Positions 40,100-49,446 of a DNA stretch of 64,000 nt are shown one piece after another. A program made the translations under genes and the position numbers. The notes below the pieces were generated by a model, which was given only the letters and a program-made list of their open reading frames with translations, was not told where the DNA came from and did no database searches. The stretch is from Nitrospirota bacterium. Lineage in GTDB: Bacteria > Nitrospirota > Thermodesulfovibrionia > Thermodesulfovibrionales > UBA9159. The stretch covers positions 4,951 through 68,950 of the forward strand of contig JAMCWJ010000076.1 in the NCBI GenBank assembly GCA_023475105.1. Reading direction: 5' to 3'. The stretch's first letter is position 1. Every line of letters begins with the position of its first letter.

Positions 40100-41620
40100 T
40101 TATTTGATAATCTCCGCTATCTTCCCGGCCAGGGTGACCTCCTGCCCACCCGTGTTCAGGCGCTCCAGCAGATTCTGGACCGACGGATGCATGAAGCTCA
40201 GAAAAGTGTCGGGATAGATGCCTATCCAGAATACCAGAATGATCATCGGCAGGAGGGTGATGACCTCGCGAAGCTCCATCGCCTGAAGTCCGACAAGTTT
40301 CTGGTTCGTCTCCAGGAAAAAGACCCGCTGATAAAGCCAGAGCATGTATGCCGCACCGATGATGATGCCGGTCGCAGCGAGGACCCCGGCCCATTTGCTC
40401 GCGGTAAAGCCGCCGAGGATGATCAGGAATTCACCCACGAACCCGTTCAGGCCGGGAAGTCCGATGGACGCCAGGGTGAACACCATGAAAAAAGCGGCAT
40501 ACAGGGGGAAAACCGTCGCAAGCCCTCCGTAGTCGCTTATCTGCCTCGAATGCGTCCTGTCATAGATTATCCCTACGGAAAGGAACAGCGCCCCTGTCAC
40601 GACGCCGTGATTGATCATCTGGAGGATGCCGCCCTCAAGTCCCTGGATATTCAGGGCGAAGATACCGAGCGTTACAAAGCCCATATGGCTCACCGAGCTG
40701 TACGCAATGAGGCGTTTCAGATCGGTCTGTGCGAGGCAGACCACCGCTCCGTAGATTATGGCGATCACCGAGAGCGTCAGCATCGGGACTGCCATCGCCT
40801 TCGACGCGTCGGGGAAGAGAGGCAGACTGAACCTCAGAAAGCCGTATGCGCCCATCTTGATCAGCACCGCGGCGAGGATCACACTGCCGGCGGTAGGGGC
40901 CTCCGTGTGGGCATCGGGAAGCCACGTATGTACGGGGAACATCGGCACCTTTACCGCGAAGGCCGCGAAGAATGCCCAGAAGAGCCAGAACTGCATCCGG
41001 TATGGATAGGTCTTTGTCATCAGCTCGAGGATATTGAAAGTGTGGCCCGCGTAAGAATAGAGCACGATGATGCCCACTAACATGAGCACGCTCCCCACAA
41101 GGGTATAGAGGAAAAACTTTATGGCTGCATAGACCCTGTTCGGCCCGCCCCAGACACCGATCAGGAGATACATCGGGATGAGCATCGCCTCCCAGAAAAG
41201 GTAAAAGAGGAAAAAATCGAGCGCCGAGAAGACGCCGATCATCGCGCCTTCCATGACGAGGACGGCGATATAGAATTCCTTCACCTTCGTCTTAATCGAG
41301 TTCCAGGAGATGAGGACGCAGAGGACCGTGATGAGGGTGCTCAAAAGGATAAACAGTACGCTTATCCCGTCCACGCCGAGGAAATAGGTTATGTTCCAGG
41401 AAGGTATCCAGGCATGCGATTCCGTGAACTGCATGAGGGGGGTCATCCTGTTGAAATCCGTAAACAGGGGGATCGACAGAACGAAGACCGCGATGCTCAC
41501 GGCGAGCGCCGCCCACTTCGTCAGTCTCTCCTGATTCCTGCCGATGAAGAGGATCACCGCCGCGCCGAGGACAGGCAGGAATATCAGCGTGCTGAGAATG
41601 GGATACGCGAGGCCGTTCAT
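40100..41620 (-). CDS. nuoM: NADH-quinone oxidoreductase subunit M
   Basis: Antiporter-like subunit with FYLFWEAMLIPMYLLIGVWGG. The likely start is MNGLAYPIL at 41620. Confidence 0.9.
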   Translation of the reverse strand: MNGLAYPILSTLIFLPVLGAAVILFIGRNQERLTKWAALAVSIAVFVLSIPLFTDFNRMTPLMQFTESHAWIPSWNITYFLGVDGISVLFILLSTLITVLCVLISWNSIKTKVKEFYIAVLVMEGAMIGVFSALDFFLFYLFWEAMLIPMYLLIGVWGGPNRVYAAIKFFLYTLVGSVLMLVGIIVLYSYAGHTFNILELMTKTYPYRMQFWLFWAFFAAFAVKVPMFPVHTWLPDAHTEAPTAGSVILAAVLIKMGAYGFLRFSLPLFPDASKAMAVPMLTLSVIAIIYGAVVCLAQTDLKRLIAYSSVSHMGFVTLGIFALNIQGLEGGILQMINHGVVTGALFLSVGIIYDRTHSRQISDYGGLATVFPLYAAFFMVFTLASIGLPGLNGFVGEFLIILGGFTASKWAGVLAATGIIIGAAYMLWLYQRVFFLETNQKLVGLQAMELREVITLLPMIILVFWIGIYPDTFLSFMHPSVQNLLERLNTGGQEVTLAGKIAEIIK

Positions 41621-41675
41621 CAATTCCTCCTTGGAGCGGACACAAGATCTTCCGATTCGCAATAGCGCATATTCA

Positions 41676-43592
41676 TCACCAGAACAACACTATGGCGATG
41701 ACGACAAAGGCGCCGAGCGCCATCACCGCCGCATATTGATGTACCATCCCCGTCTGGATGTTCCTCAGCCACGAGGAGAGTGTTCCGATAAAGCGGGGCA
41801 CGCCGTTTACTATCCCCTCGATGATCTTCCCGTCGGTAACGCCGACAATCACGTTCTTCGCGACCCAGAAGGTCGGCCTCACGATGATGGTATCATAGAG
41901 TTCGTCGACGTAGTACTTGTTCCACAGAAGCCGGTAAATGAAACTGAACCTCCCGGCGACCGTATCGGCAAGAGTGCTTTTTCTCAGATACACGAATGCC
42001 GCCGCGGCGATGCCGCCCAGGCCCAGGATCACCGCGGTGATCATCGTGGCCCACTCCTCCGCGTGGGTCCCTTCGCCCTTGGCATGTCCGACGACAGGGG
42101 CGAGGAACTCGGCAAAGTGTTCTCCTCCACCCAGGAGAGGCGGTATGCCGACCCAGCCTGCTGCGAGCGCGCCCGCCGCGAGGATAAGAAGAGGGACTGT
42201 CATGATCTTCGGAGATTCATGGAGATGGTGCTCCTGTTCGTGCGTGCCCCGGAACTTGCCGTGGAAAGCCACAAAAATGATCCTGAAGGAGTAGAACGCG
42301 GTGAGGAGCGCGGTGAGCGCGCCGATCGCGTACAACAGATGCCCGAGAGGTCCGGAGGCGTAAGCCCTCCAGAGGATCTCGTCCTTGCTGAAGAAGCCCG
42401 CGAAGCCCGGTACCCCGGAGATGCTCAGCGAGGCGAGGAGGAAGGTCCAGTACGTCAGGGGCATATGCTTTTTGAGCCCTCCCATCTTCTGAATATCCAG
42501 TTCCCCGGCCATCGCATGCATCACGCTTCCGGCCCCGAGGAAGAGGAGGGCTTTAAAGAATGCATGCGTATAGAGATGAAAAATACCTGCGCTGAAGGCG
42601 CCGACTCCGCAGGCGAGGAACATGTAGCCGAGCTGGCTCACCGTGGAGTAGGCGACGATCCGCTTAATGTCGTTCTGTACAAGGGCTATCGTCCCCGCAA
42701 AGAGGGCCGTCACCGCCCCTACCAAAGCGACCACATTCATCGCGGGGGGCGACAGAACGAATATCGGATTGCACCGCGCCACCAGAAACACACCGGCAGT
42801 CACCATCGTAGCGGCATGGATCAGGGCCGATACCGGGGTCGGACCCTCCATCGCATCGGGCAACCAGACGTGCAGGGGCAGCTGGGCGGATTTTCCTACG
42901 GCGCCGCAGAAAAGGAGAAGGGCGATGAGGGTCGGGAGGTCGACCTGCAAACCCAGGAAATCGACGGTCTTTCCGACAATACCGTTTACCGAGCCGAACA
43001 CGGGGGCGTAGTGAAGGGTGCCGAAAGTGAGGAATATCATGATCACCCCGAGGCCGAACCCGAAATCCCCGAACCTGTTGACGATGAAGGCCTTCTTGCC
43101 TGCGTCGGAGGCGGACTTCTTCTCGTACCAGAAGCCGATGAGGAAATAGGAGCAGAGGCCGACCGCCTCCCATCCGAAGTAGAGCTGGAGAAAGTTGTTC
43201 GCCATCACGAGCATGAGCATCGAGAAGGTGAAAAGACTCAGGTACGCGAAGAACCGGTAGTACCCCTTGTCGCCGTGCATGTAGCCGATCGAGTAGATAT
43301 GGACGAGAGAGCTGACCGTGGTGACGACGATCAGCATCACCGCGGTGAGCTGATCGATGAGAAAGCCGACGGAGACACGGAAGTCTCCCGAGACTATCCA
43401 GGTATAGAGGTCCCTGTTCACCGTCCTTCCCCCGATCACCTCAAAGAGGGTCATCACCGCTATCACCCAGGAGCAGACGACCGCAAAGAGGGAGACCCAG
43501 TGGGACTTGTCCCTTATGAGCGTCTTTCCGAAGAGGATATTGACGAAAAACGCCGCGAGCGGAAGAAACGGTATCAAGAGATAATTATCCAT
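41676..43592 (-). CDS. nuoL: NADH-quinone oxidoreductase subunit L
   Basis: 638 aa with LQLYFGWEAVGLCSYFLIGFW and a C-terminal lateral-helix extension. Confidence 0.9.
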   Translation of the reverse strand: MDNYLLIPFLPLAAFFVNILFGKTLIRDKSHWVSLFAVVCSWVIAVMTLFEVIGGRTVNRDLYTWIVSGDFRVSVGFLIDQLTAVMLIVVTTVSSLVHIYSIGYMHGDKGYYRFFAYLSLFTFSMLMLVMANNFLQLYFGWEAVGLCSYFLIGFWYEKKSASDAGKKAFIVNRFGDFGFGLGVIMIFLTFGTLHYAPVFGSVNGIVGKTVDFLGLQVDLPTLIALLLFCGAVGKSAQLPLHVWLPDAMEGPTPVSALIHAATMVTAGVFLVARCNPIFVLSPPAMNVVALVGAVTALFAGTIALVQNDIKRIVAYSTVSQLGYMFLACGVGAFSAGIFHLYTHAFFKALLFLGAGSVMHAMAGELDIQKMGGLKKHMPLTYWTFLLASLSISGVPGFAGFFSKDEILWRAYASGPLGHLLYAIGALTALLTAFYSFRIIFVAFHGKFRGTHEQEHHLHESPKIMTVPLLILAAGALAAGWVGIPPLLGGGEHFAEFLAPVVGHAKGEGTHAEEWATMITAVILGLGGIAAAAFVYLRKSTLADTVAGRFSFIYRLLWNKYYVDELYDTIIVRPTFWVAKNVIVGVTDGKIIEGIVNGVPRFIGTLSSWLRNIQTGMVHQYAAVMALGAFVVIAIVLFW

Positions 43593-43603
43593 GGTTCACT
43601 CCC

Positions 43604-43906
43604 TCATCCCTTCATCTCATTTGCTTCGTCCACATGGGCGGTCGCCTTGTTCCTGAAAAGGGCGATGATGATCGCCAGTCCTATCGCTGCCTCGGCAGCG
43701 GCCACGGCGATGACAAAAAAGACGAGCACCTGTCCCCGCATATCGCTCAGGTAACGGCTGAAAGAGACGAGGCTTATATTCACCGCATTGAGCATCAGTT
43801 CTATGGACATGAACATGATGATGATGTTCCTCCTCGTGAGAAACCCCGCCACGCCGACGACGAATACGGCGGAACTCAGCAACAGATACCAGTGAAGTGG
43901 GACCAT
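43604..43906 (-). CDS. nuoK: NADH-quinone oxidoreductase subunit K
   Basis: 100-aa three-TM protein with …[11 protein letters not shown]…[11 protein letters not shown]…. Confidence 0.9.
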   Translation of the reverse strand: MVPLHWYLLLSSAVFVVGVAGFLTRRNIIIMFMSIELMLNAVNISLVSFSRYLSDMRGQVLVFFVIAVAAAEAAIGLAIIIALFRNKATAHVDEANEMKG

Positions 43907-43907
43907 A

Positions 43908-44420
43908 TCAGTTCCTCAACCTTTTCTTCGCAAGGACGATCGCCCCTATGATCGCCACGAGCAATATCATCGATACTACCTCGAAAGGGTACAGATACTC
44001 CGTAAAGAGGATCTGCCCCAGCACCTTTGTATTCGTCTCCGCCCTGACCACCTCGGTCGTGAAGACGCCCGAAGGTCCGGGGATGAAAGACTTCAGGGAA
44101 AGGACTATCACGACCAGCAGGCCCAGGGCAGCGAGGACCCCAAGAGGCCAGGGTCCGATGTATCTCCTCGCCACCATTTCCTCTTTCAGGTTCAGCAGCA
44201 GGACCACGAAGAGGAAGAGGACGAGAATGGCGCCCGCATAGACGATGACCTGGATCGCAGCAAGAAATTCCGCGTTTAGTGTTACGTACAGTGCAGCGAT
44301 GTGGAAGAAGAGCACGAGCATCGTGATCATGCTGTGCACAGGATTGCTCCGTGTTATCACCAGCACGGAGAGGATGACGATCGCCGCGGCAAGATAGATG
44401 AAGATTCCCTCAGCCATCAT
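43908..44420 (-). CDS. nuoJ: NADH-quinone oxidoreductase subunit J
   Basis: 170-aa membrane protein between nuoI and nuoK with a NuoJ-like N-terminal pattern. Confidence 0.85.
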   Translation of the reverse strand: MMAEGIFIYLAAAIVILSVLVITRSNPVHSMITMLVLFFHIAALYVTLNAEFLAAIQVIVYAGAILVLFLFVVLLLNLKEEMVARRYIGPWPLGVLAALGLLVVIVLSLKSFIPGPSGVFTTEVVRAETNTKVLGQILFTEYLYPFEVVSMILLVAIIGAIVLAKKRLRN

Positions 44421-44964
44421 GGTGTTTCCCCCTGAAGACTGGCTGGGTCTCCGGCGCGGTAAAATCGTCGATGACCGGATGCCAGAACCTCTTGAAGTAT
44501 TCGCTGTCTTTTTCGGGTCCCATGTATGCGTCCCAGTTTTGGAGGAGTCTTTCCTTCGTCATATACAGGGCGTCTCTCGAATAACTTGCGTATTCGAAGT
44601 GCTCCGTGAGGACCACTGCCGAGTACGGGCAGGCCTCCACGCAGAACCCGCAGTACACGCAGCGCAGCACCTCGATCTCGTAGCGTTCGACGACCTTTTT
44701 GTGGTCGAGACTGTCGGCGGTATAGATGTAAATACACTTCGAAGGGCATATCGCGGCGCAAAGTCCGCAGCCTACGCATCTCGCCTCGCCCGTCGCCGAG
44801 TCCCTCGCAAGTCCGTGCAACCCCCTGAACCCGGGCATGGCCAGCCGTTTCTCGGTCGGGTACTGCCTCGTCACCGAGTGGCCGAACATGGTTTTCAGCG
44901 TAAGGGCCATGCCCTTGACTATCTCCGTAAGGAATACGGTCTTGACAAGATCCTTGAATTTCAT
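44410..44964 (-). CDS. nuoI: NADH-quinone oxidoreductase subunit I
   Basis: The start MKFKDLVKTVFL at 44964 overlaps the nuoH stop. Two 4Fe-4S motifs are present (CVGCGLCAAICP, CVYCGFCVEACP). Confidence 0.9.
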   Translation of the reverse strand: MKFKDLVKTVFLTEIVKGMALTLKTMFGHSVTRQYPTEKRLAMPGFRGLHGLARDSATGEARCVGCGLCAAICPSKCIYIYTADSLDHKKVVERYEIEVLRCVYCGFCVEACPYSAVVLTEHFEYASYSRDALYMTKERLLQNWDAYMGPEKDSEYFKRFWHPVIDDFTAPETQPVFRGKHHDG

Positions 44965-45974
44965 AGCAGCACCTTTACGATCCCCGTTACGACGATGTTC
45001 AGGAGCGCAAGGGGAATCAGTACCTTCCATCCGAGATCCATGAGATGATCGTAACGGTATCTCGGCAATGTGGCCCTGATCCAGTAATACACGAAGATGA
45101 GCAGATAGAGCTTGAGGAAGAACCAGGCAAAGGGCACGTAGGGGATCTCGAACGGCCCGTTCCAGCCGCCGAGGAAACAGACGATCCCGATGGACGCCAT
45201 GATAATCATCGCCGTGTACTCGGCGATGAAAAAGAGTCCGTATCTCATTCCGCTGTACTCCACAAAATACCCCGCCACCAGTTCGCTCTCCGCCTCGGGA
45301 AGATCGAAGGGGGCCCTGTTCGTCTCGGCGATGACGGAGATCGTGTAGACAAAGCACGCGATGAGCTGCGGGAACAGGAACATGCCGAGGGGATAGTGTT
45401 CCTGCGCCTTCACGATCTCGGTGAGGTTCATCGAACCGGAAAGCATCATCACCCCGACAAGGCTCAAACCCATGGCGATTTCATAGCTTATGATCTGGGC
45501 CGCCGAACGGAGGCCGCCCAGAAAGGAGTATTTCGAGTTCGACGACCACCCAGCAAGAATAATTCCGTAGGAACCGAGCGACGACATGGCGAGAACGAAG
45601 AGCAGCCCGACATTGATGTCGGCGATGACGAACCCGTCGAAAAAGGGTATCACCGCCAGAGAGGTGAGGGCCGCAACGAGCGATATCACCGGGGCGACGA
45701 AGAAGACCGGCTTGTCGGACTGGGCGGGAATGATATCTTCCTTGAAAAACAGCTTGATCCCGTCCGCAATCGGCTGCAAAAGCCCGTGGGGGCCGACCCT
45801 CATCGGACCGAGCCTCACCTGCATGTGGCCGATGGTCTTCCGCTCAAAGTAGGTCGCATAAGCGACATGGAGCATGATCACGCCGAACACCACGAGTATC
45901 TTGATTACGATTATGGCGATATTATAGAGAAAGTCCACCGAACCGGGCTGCATTGCAGCCTCAAGGAAATTCAT
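44961..45974 (-). CDS. nuoH: NADH-quinone oxidoreductase subunit H
   Basis: FERKTIGHMQVRLGPMRVGPHGLLQPIADGIKLF is the canonical NuoH/ND1 pattern. Confidence 0.95.
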   Translation of the reverse strand: MNFLEAAMQPGSVDFLYNIAIIVIKILVVFGVIMLHVAYATYFERKTIGHMQVRLGPMRVGPHGLLQPIADGIKLFFKEDIIPAQSDKPVFFVAPVISLVAALTSLAVIPFFDGFVIADINVGLLFVLAMSSLGSYGIILAGWSSNSKYSFLGGLRSAAQIISYEIAMGLSLVGVMMLSGSMNLTEIVKAQEHYPLGMFLFPQLIACFVYTISVIAETNRAPFDLPEAESELVAGYFVEYSGMRYGLFFIAEYTAMIIMASIGIVCFLGGWNGPFEIPYVPFAWFFLKLYLLIFVYYWIRATLPRYRYDHLMDLGWKVLIPLALLNIVVTGIVKVLL

Positions 45975-46098
45975 TTCTCCCTCACCTCCGCGCGGCCGTT
46001 TCCGGCCATGGGTAAATCTCGTACCGACCTATCCGCCACTAATAAAACAAAATCAGGGCGCTCTTTGTCAATCCGGCCCCTGTCCGCCGCAGCCCGCT

Positions 46099-46593
46099 CT
46101 ACTTCCTCTTCCTGAACATGAGGTGCATGAGATCGATATACTGGCTGTTCATGTTCCTCACTATGGATGCGAGATGAACGGCGAGTCTCCTCAGTATCTT
46201 GCCAGCGATCAGGGGGTGCGTTCTCAGAAGGTCGTCGAAGTCCCGCTTCGCAAGGACGGTCAGGCGCGTCTGCTGGTCGGAGACGATCGTCGCGTCGTGT
46301 GCGCTTCCGTCAAGGAACGACATAATGCCGAAGATATCTCCCTCCTTCAGTGTCGCGATACAGAACTGGTCGCCTTCAACCATCATCTTGTTGATCTTCA
46401 CTTTCCCCTTGTCGATAATGCTGAGGCTGTCACCCTTTTCACCCTCACGGTATATCATCTCGTTCGGCCCGTAATCCCCGGACTGCAACAACCCCGCCAC
46501 GACACTCATTTCCGAGCCGTCAAGCTCCTCGAAAATGTAAGTCTTTTTATTCACCCGTACGACCTCGCTCCTTACGGCATTCGCCTGTATCAA
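46099..46593 (-). CDS. stand-alone cyclic-nucleotide-binding-domain protein with a degenerate phosphate-binding cassette
   Basis: CAP_ED-like pattern (IYREGEKGDSLSIIDKGKVKI … GDIFGIMSFLDGSAHDATIVS … RDFDDLL). It is inserted between nuoD and nuoH on the same strand. The start (TTG 46593 or GTG 46554) is uncertain. Confidence 0.7.
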   Translation of the reverse strand: MIQANAVRSEVVRVNKKTYIFEELDGSEMSVVAGLLQSGDYGPNEMIYREGEKGDSLSIIDKGKVKINKMMVEGDQFCIATLKEGDIFGIMSFLDGSAHDATIVSDQQTRLTVLAKRDFDDLLRTHPLIAGKILRRLAVHLASIVRNMNSQYIDLMHLMFRKRK

Positions 46594-46647
46594 GTCAACG
46601 GTGCGGGAGACAACAAGGAGTTCTACGCGGCCCTGATTGCCTGTCCA

Positions 46648-47844
46648 CTATCTATCACATTCGCCGAGCACGATATCGACAGTCCCGATATTTGCGATCA
46701 CGTCCGCCACGAGGGAGCCCTCGCAGAGCCTCGGTATCACCGAGGCATGCACGAACGACGGAGCCCGCACCCGCATCCGGTACGGTCGGCCGGTCCCATC
46801 GCTCACGAAGTAAAAGCCGAGTTCGCCCTTGGGCGCTTCGATAGCGGAGTAGATCTCCCCTTCAGGAGCAGCAATAGGCCCCTTCGTGATCAGGATGAAG
46901 TGATGGATCATCGATTCCATGCTCTTCAGCACATTGTCCTTCGGCGGAAGAGTGAGCTTCGGCGCATCGGGCGCCATGATCGGTCCCCGCGGAAGCTTCT
47001 CGATACATTGCCGTATGATCCTGTTCGACTGCCTGAACTCCTCCATCCTGCAACGGTATCTGTCGTACACGTCTCCGGTCTTGCCGACGGGCACGTCGAA
47101 CTCCACGTTACCGTATGCATCGTACGGGGCGTATTTTCTTACGTCATAGGCCACCCCCGAACCGCGCAGAGTCGGCCCCGAGAGCCCCCAGTTCACCGCC
47201 TCGTCCGCTTCGATCACTCCGATGCCCTTCGTCCTCTTGAGCCATATCCGGTTCTGGTCGATCAGGGTCTCATATTCCTCCACCCTCTTCGGGAATTCGT
47301 CGGTGAATTTATAGAGGCTGTCCAGAAACTCCTGGGAGACGTCATTCCTAACCCCGCCCGCCCGCGCATAGCTTGTGGTGAGCCTTGCGCCGCAGAGCAT
47401 CTCGAAGAGATCGAGGATCCATTCCCTCTCCCTGAAAGCATAGAGAAACACCGTCATCGCTCCGATATCGAGCGCATGGGTTCCGAGCCACAGGATATGG
47501 CTGCTTATCCTCGACATTTCGGCAACCATGGTGCGGATATACTGCGCCCTTTCAGGGGCCTCGATGCCGAAGAGCCGTTCGACCGCCAGACAATAGCCCT
47601 GATTGTTCGCCATGGCGGCGATGTAATCGAACCTGTCGGTAAGGGGAAGGGCGGTCAGATAGGTCCGGTTCTCCGCGAGCTTTTCGACGCCTCGATGGAG
47701 ATATCCTATATAAGGAGTACACTTGACGACCGTTTCGCCGTCGAGATCGAGGACAAGCCTCAACACCCCGTGCGTAGCGGGATGCTGGGGACCCATGTTT
47801 ATGGTCAATTCCCTGGTCTGTAATTCCGCCTTTCCTCTGTCCAT
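46648..47844 (-). CDS. nuoD: NADH-quinone oxidoreductase subunit D
   Basis: [15 protein letters not shown] and a C-terminal …DIVLGECDR are canonical for NuoD. Confidence 0.95.
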   Translation of the reverse strand: MDRGKAELQTRELTINMGPQHPATHGVLRLVLDLDGETVVKCTPYIGYLHRGVEKLAENRTYLTALPLTDRFDYIAAMANNQGYCLAVERLFGIEAPERAQYIRTMVAEMSRISSHILWLGTHALDIGAMTVFLYAFREREWILDLFEMLCGARLTTSYARAGGVRNDVSQEFLDSLYKFTDEFPKRVEEYETLIDQNRIWLKRTKGIGVIEADEAVNWGLSGPTLRGSGVAYDVRKYAPYDAYGNVEFDVPVGKTGDVYDRYRCRMEEFRQSNRIIRQCIEKLPRGPIMAPDAPKLTLPPKDNVLKSMESMIHHFILITKGPIAAPEGEIYSAIEAPKGELGFYFVSDGTGRPYRMRVRAPSFVHASVIPRLCEGSLVADVIANIGTVDIVLGECDR

Positions 47845-47845
47845 A

Positions 47846-48403
47846 TCAGTCCAGTCCGTATGCCTTGTTCTTTTCGGAAAGTTCCAGGGTTTCAGTGAAT
47901 CCCTTCCATTCTTTCTCGCCGAGGTCGCTCTTCAGCGGATAGTCCCTCCTGAGCGGATGCCCCTCCCAGTCCTCAGGCATCAGTATCCTTCTGAGGTCCG
48001 GATGCCCCCTGAACTCTATCCCGAACATGTCGTAACATTCCCTCTCGTGCCAGTTTGCGCCGTCCCATATGCTCACCACGCTGTCGATGACGGGATCCTC
48101 CTCGGGGACCTCCGCCCGTATCCTCAGCATATGCCTGTGACTGACGGAATAGAGCTGGTACACGACCTCGAATCTCGGAGTTTTTCTGCCGAGATAGTCG
48201 ACGCCGCACAGGTCCCTCAGGTAGCTGAAGCAGAGTTCGGAAGTGTCGTGAAGGTATTCCATGATCTCCTTCACTCTGTCTTTTCTCAGCAGAACCGACA
48301 CCTGTCCCCGAAATTCCCGTATCTCTTTCACTTCTTCCGGATAACGCTCTTTCAGTCCTTCGGCGATCGCCTGTGCGATGAGTTTCGCTTCCGTCTGATC
48401 CAT
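47846..48403 (-). CDS. nuoC: NADH-quinone oxidoreductase subunit C
   Basis: The 30-kDa subunit pattern …[26 protein letters not shown]…. Confidence 0.9.
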   Translation of the reverse strand: MDQTEAKLIAQAIAEGLKERYPEEVKEIREFRGQVSVLLRKDRVKEIMEYLHDTSELCFSYLRDLCGVDYLGRKTPRFEVVYQLYSVSHRHMLRIRAEVPEEDPVIDSVVSIWDGANWHERECYDMFGIEFRGHPDLRRILMPEDWEGHPLRRDYPLKSDLGEKEWKGFTETLELSEKNKAYGLD

Positions 48404-48404
48404 C

Positions 48405-48926
48405 TTATCTCCACCTGCTCCATCTGTAATGTTCCGCCTTTATCTTTTCCTGCAGCTTGATAATCCCTTCCATCAGCGCTTCGGGTCTCGGGGGGCATCC
48501 GGGTATGTAAACGTCGACAGGGAGAAAGGTGTCGACGCCTTGCACCGTACTGTAGGTGTTGTAAATCCCTCCCGAGCATGCGCAGCTTCCCATTGCCATG
48601 ACATACCGGGGCTCGGGCATCTGGTCGTACACCCTCCGTATGATAGGCACCATCTTCTTCGTGACCGTACCCGCGATGATCACCACGTCCGACTGCCGCG
48701 GCGAGCCCCTGAAGATTATCCCGAATCTGTCGAGGTCATAGTGGGCCGACCCCGTGGTCATCATCTCTATCGCGCAGCAGGCGAGCCCGAAGGCCATCGG
48801 CCAGAGAGAGGAAGCCCTTCCCCAGTTCACCACCTTATCGAGGGTCGTGACAATGGCGTTTCCTCCGGGAAGAACCTTCACTCCCTCTTCGACTTCAACA
48901 AGTCCCGTCGCGCCTTCTATGATCAT
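48405..48926 (-). CDS. nuoB: NADH-quinone oxidoreductase subunit B
   Basis: N2-cluster ligands in …[10 protein letters not shown]…, …GSCACSGG… and …IPGCPP…. Confidence 0.95.
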   Translation of the reverse strand: MIIEGATGLVEVEEGVKVLPGGNAIVTTLDKVVNWGRASSLWPMAFGLACCAIEMMTTGSAHYDLDRFGIIFRGSPRQSDVVIIAGTVTKKMVPIIRRVYDQMPEPRYVMAMGSCACSGGIYNTYSTVQGVDTFLPVDVYIPGCPPRPEALMEGIIKLQEKIKAEHYRWSRWR

Positions 48927-48971
48927 ACGGTCATCATCTTTCCGCGGTCGCGATCGGCATTTCCCCGTTTT

Positions 48972-49343
48972 TCAGTCCCATCTGAAGGCCTCTTTCTTCC
49001 ACGCGTAGACATATCCGACCACGAGCACCGCAATGAACAGGAGCATCTCGACAAGGGCAAAGAGGCCTATCTTATCGAACACGATGGCCCATGGATAGAG
49101 AAAAACCGCTTCAACGTCGAATATCACGAAGAGCATGGCGATAATGTAAAACTTTACGGAGAATCTGTATCTCGGCTCTCCGACGGGGGGATTACCCGAT
49201 TCATAGGGGACGAGCTTCTCGCGATAGGGCCTTTTCGGTCTGAAGATGATGCCTGCCGCCAAGGTGCCGAGACCAAAGGCGATAACAATCATCATGAAGA
49301 TGACTATCGGCAAATATTCTTCTGGCAAGAATGCGCTTGGCAT
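48972..49343 (-). CDS. nuoA: NADH-quinone oxidoreductase subunit A
   Basis: 123-aa three-TM protein with …YESGNPPVG…FDVEAVFLYPW…. Confidence 0.9.
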   Translation of the reverse strand: MPSAFLPEEYLPIVIFMMIVIAFGLGTLAAGIIFRPKRPYREKLVPYESGNPPVGEPRYRFSVKFYIIAMLFVIFDVEAVFLYPWAIVFDKIGLFALVEMLLFIAVLVVGYVYAWKKEAFRWD

Positions 49344-49354
49344 AAAACAGTTAT

Positions 49355-49383
49355 TTTATACCTGAACTCACGCGCAGAGTCAA
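49355..49383 (-). promoter_or_regulatory. sigma70-like promoter candidate for the nuo operon (TTGACT-N17-TATAAA)
   Basis: On the minus strand, TTGACT is at 49383..49378 and TATAAA at 49360..49355. The -10 element ends 11 nt before the nuoA ATG, and no SD lies in between. Confidence 0.4.
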
Positions 49384-49446
49384 GTGGTAAATTTAGGCCG
49401 CCTGAAACGGCGGTGTTTTTCCGCGGTTTTTGTGATAAAATTGTGA

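Noticed and set aside
41544-43754. Very long ORFs antisense to well-supported genes. These are 41544..43754 (opposite nuoL/M), 46123..47823 (nuoD), 45045..46115 (nuoH), 23534..24955 (purL), 21017..22075 (purB), 54027..55295 and 55319..56560 (REC-NuoE/NuoF-like), 59510..60916, 61801..63243 (groEL), 33223..34416, 16077..17192 and 19336..20094.
   Set aside because: Each lies opposite a gene with strong family-level motifs. Their translations are R/E/H/P/G-rich low complexity with no motifs and no SD-supported starts. They are typical shadow ORFs in GC-rich coding DNA.
46042-46071. Internal promoter (TTGACA at 46071..46066 on the minus strand) between the cNMP-domain gene and nuoH.
   Set aside because: No acceptable -10 hexamer lies at a 16-19 nt spacing (best candidates are GTTTTA and TTTTAT). 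It cannot be supported without TSS data.
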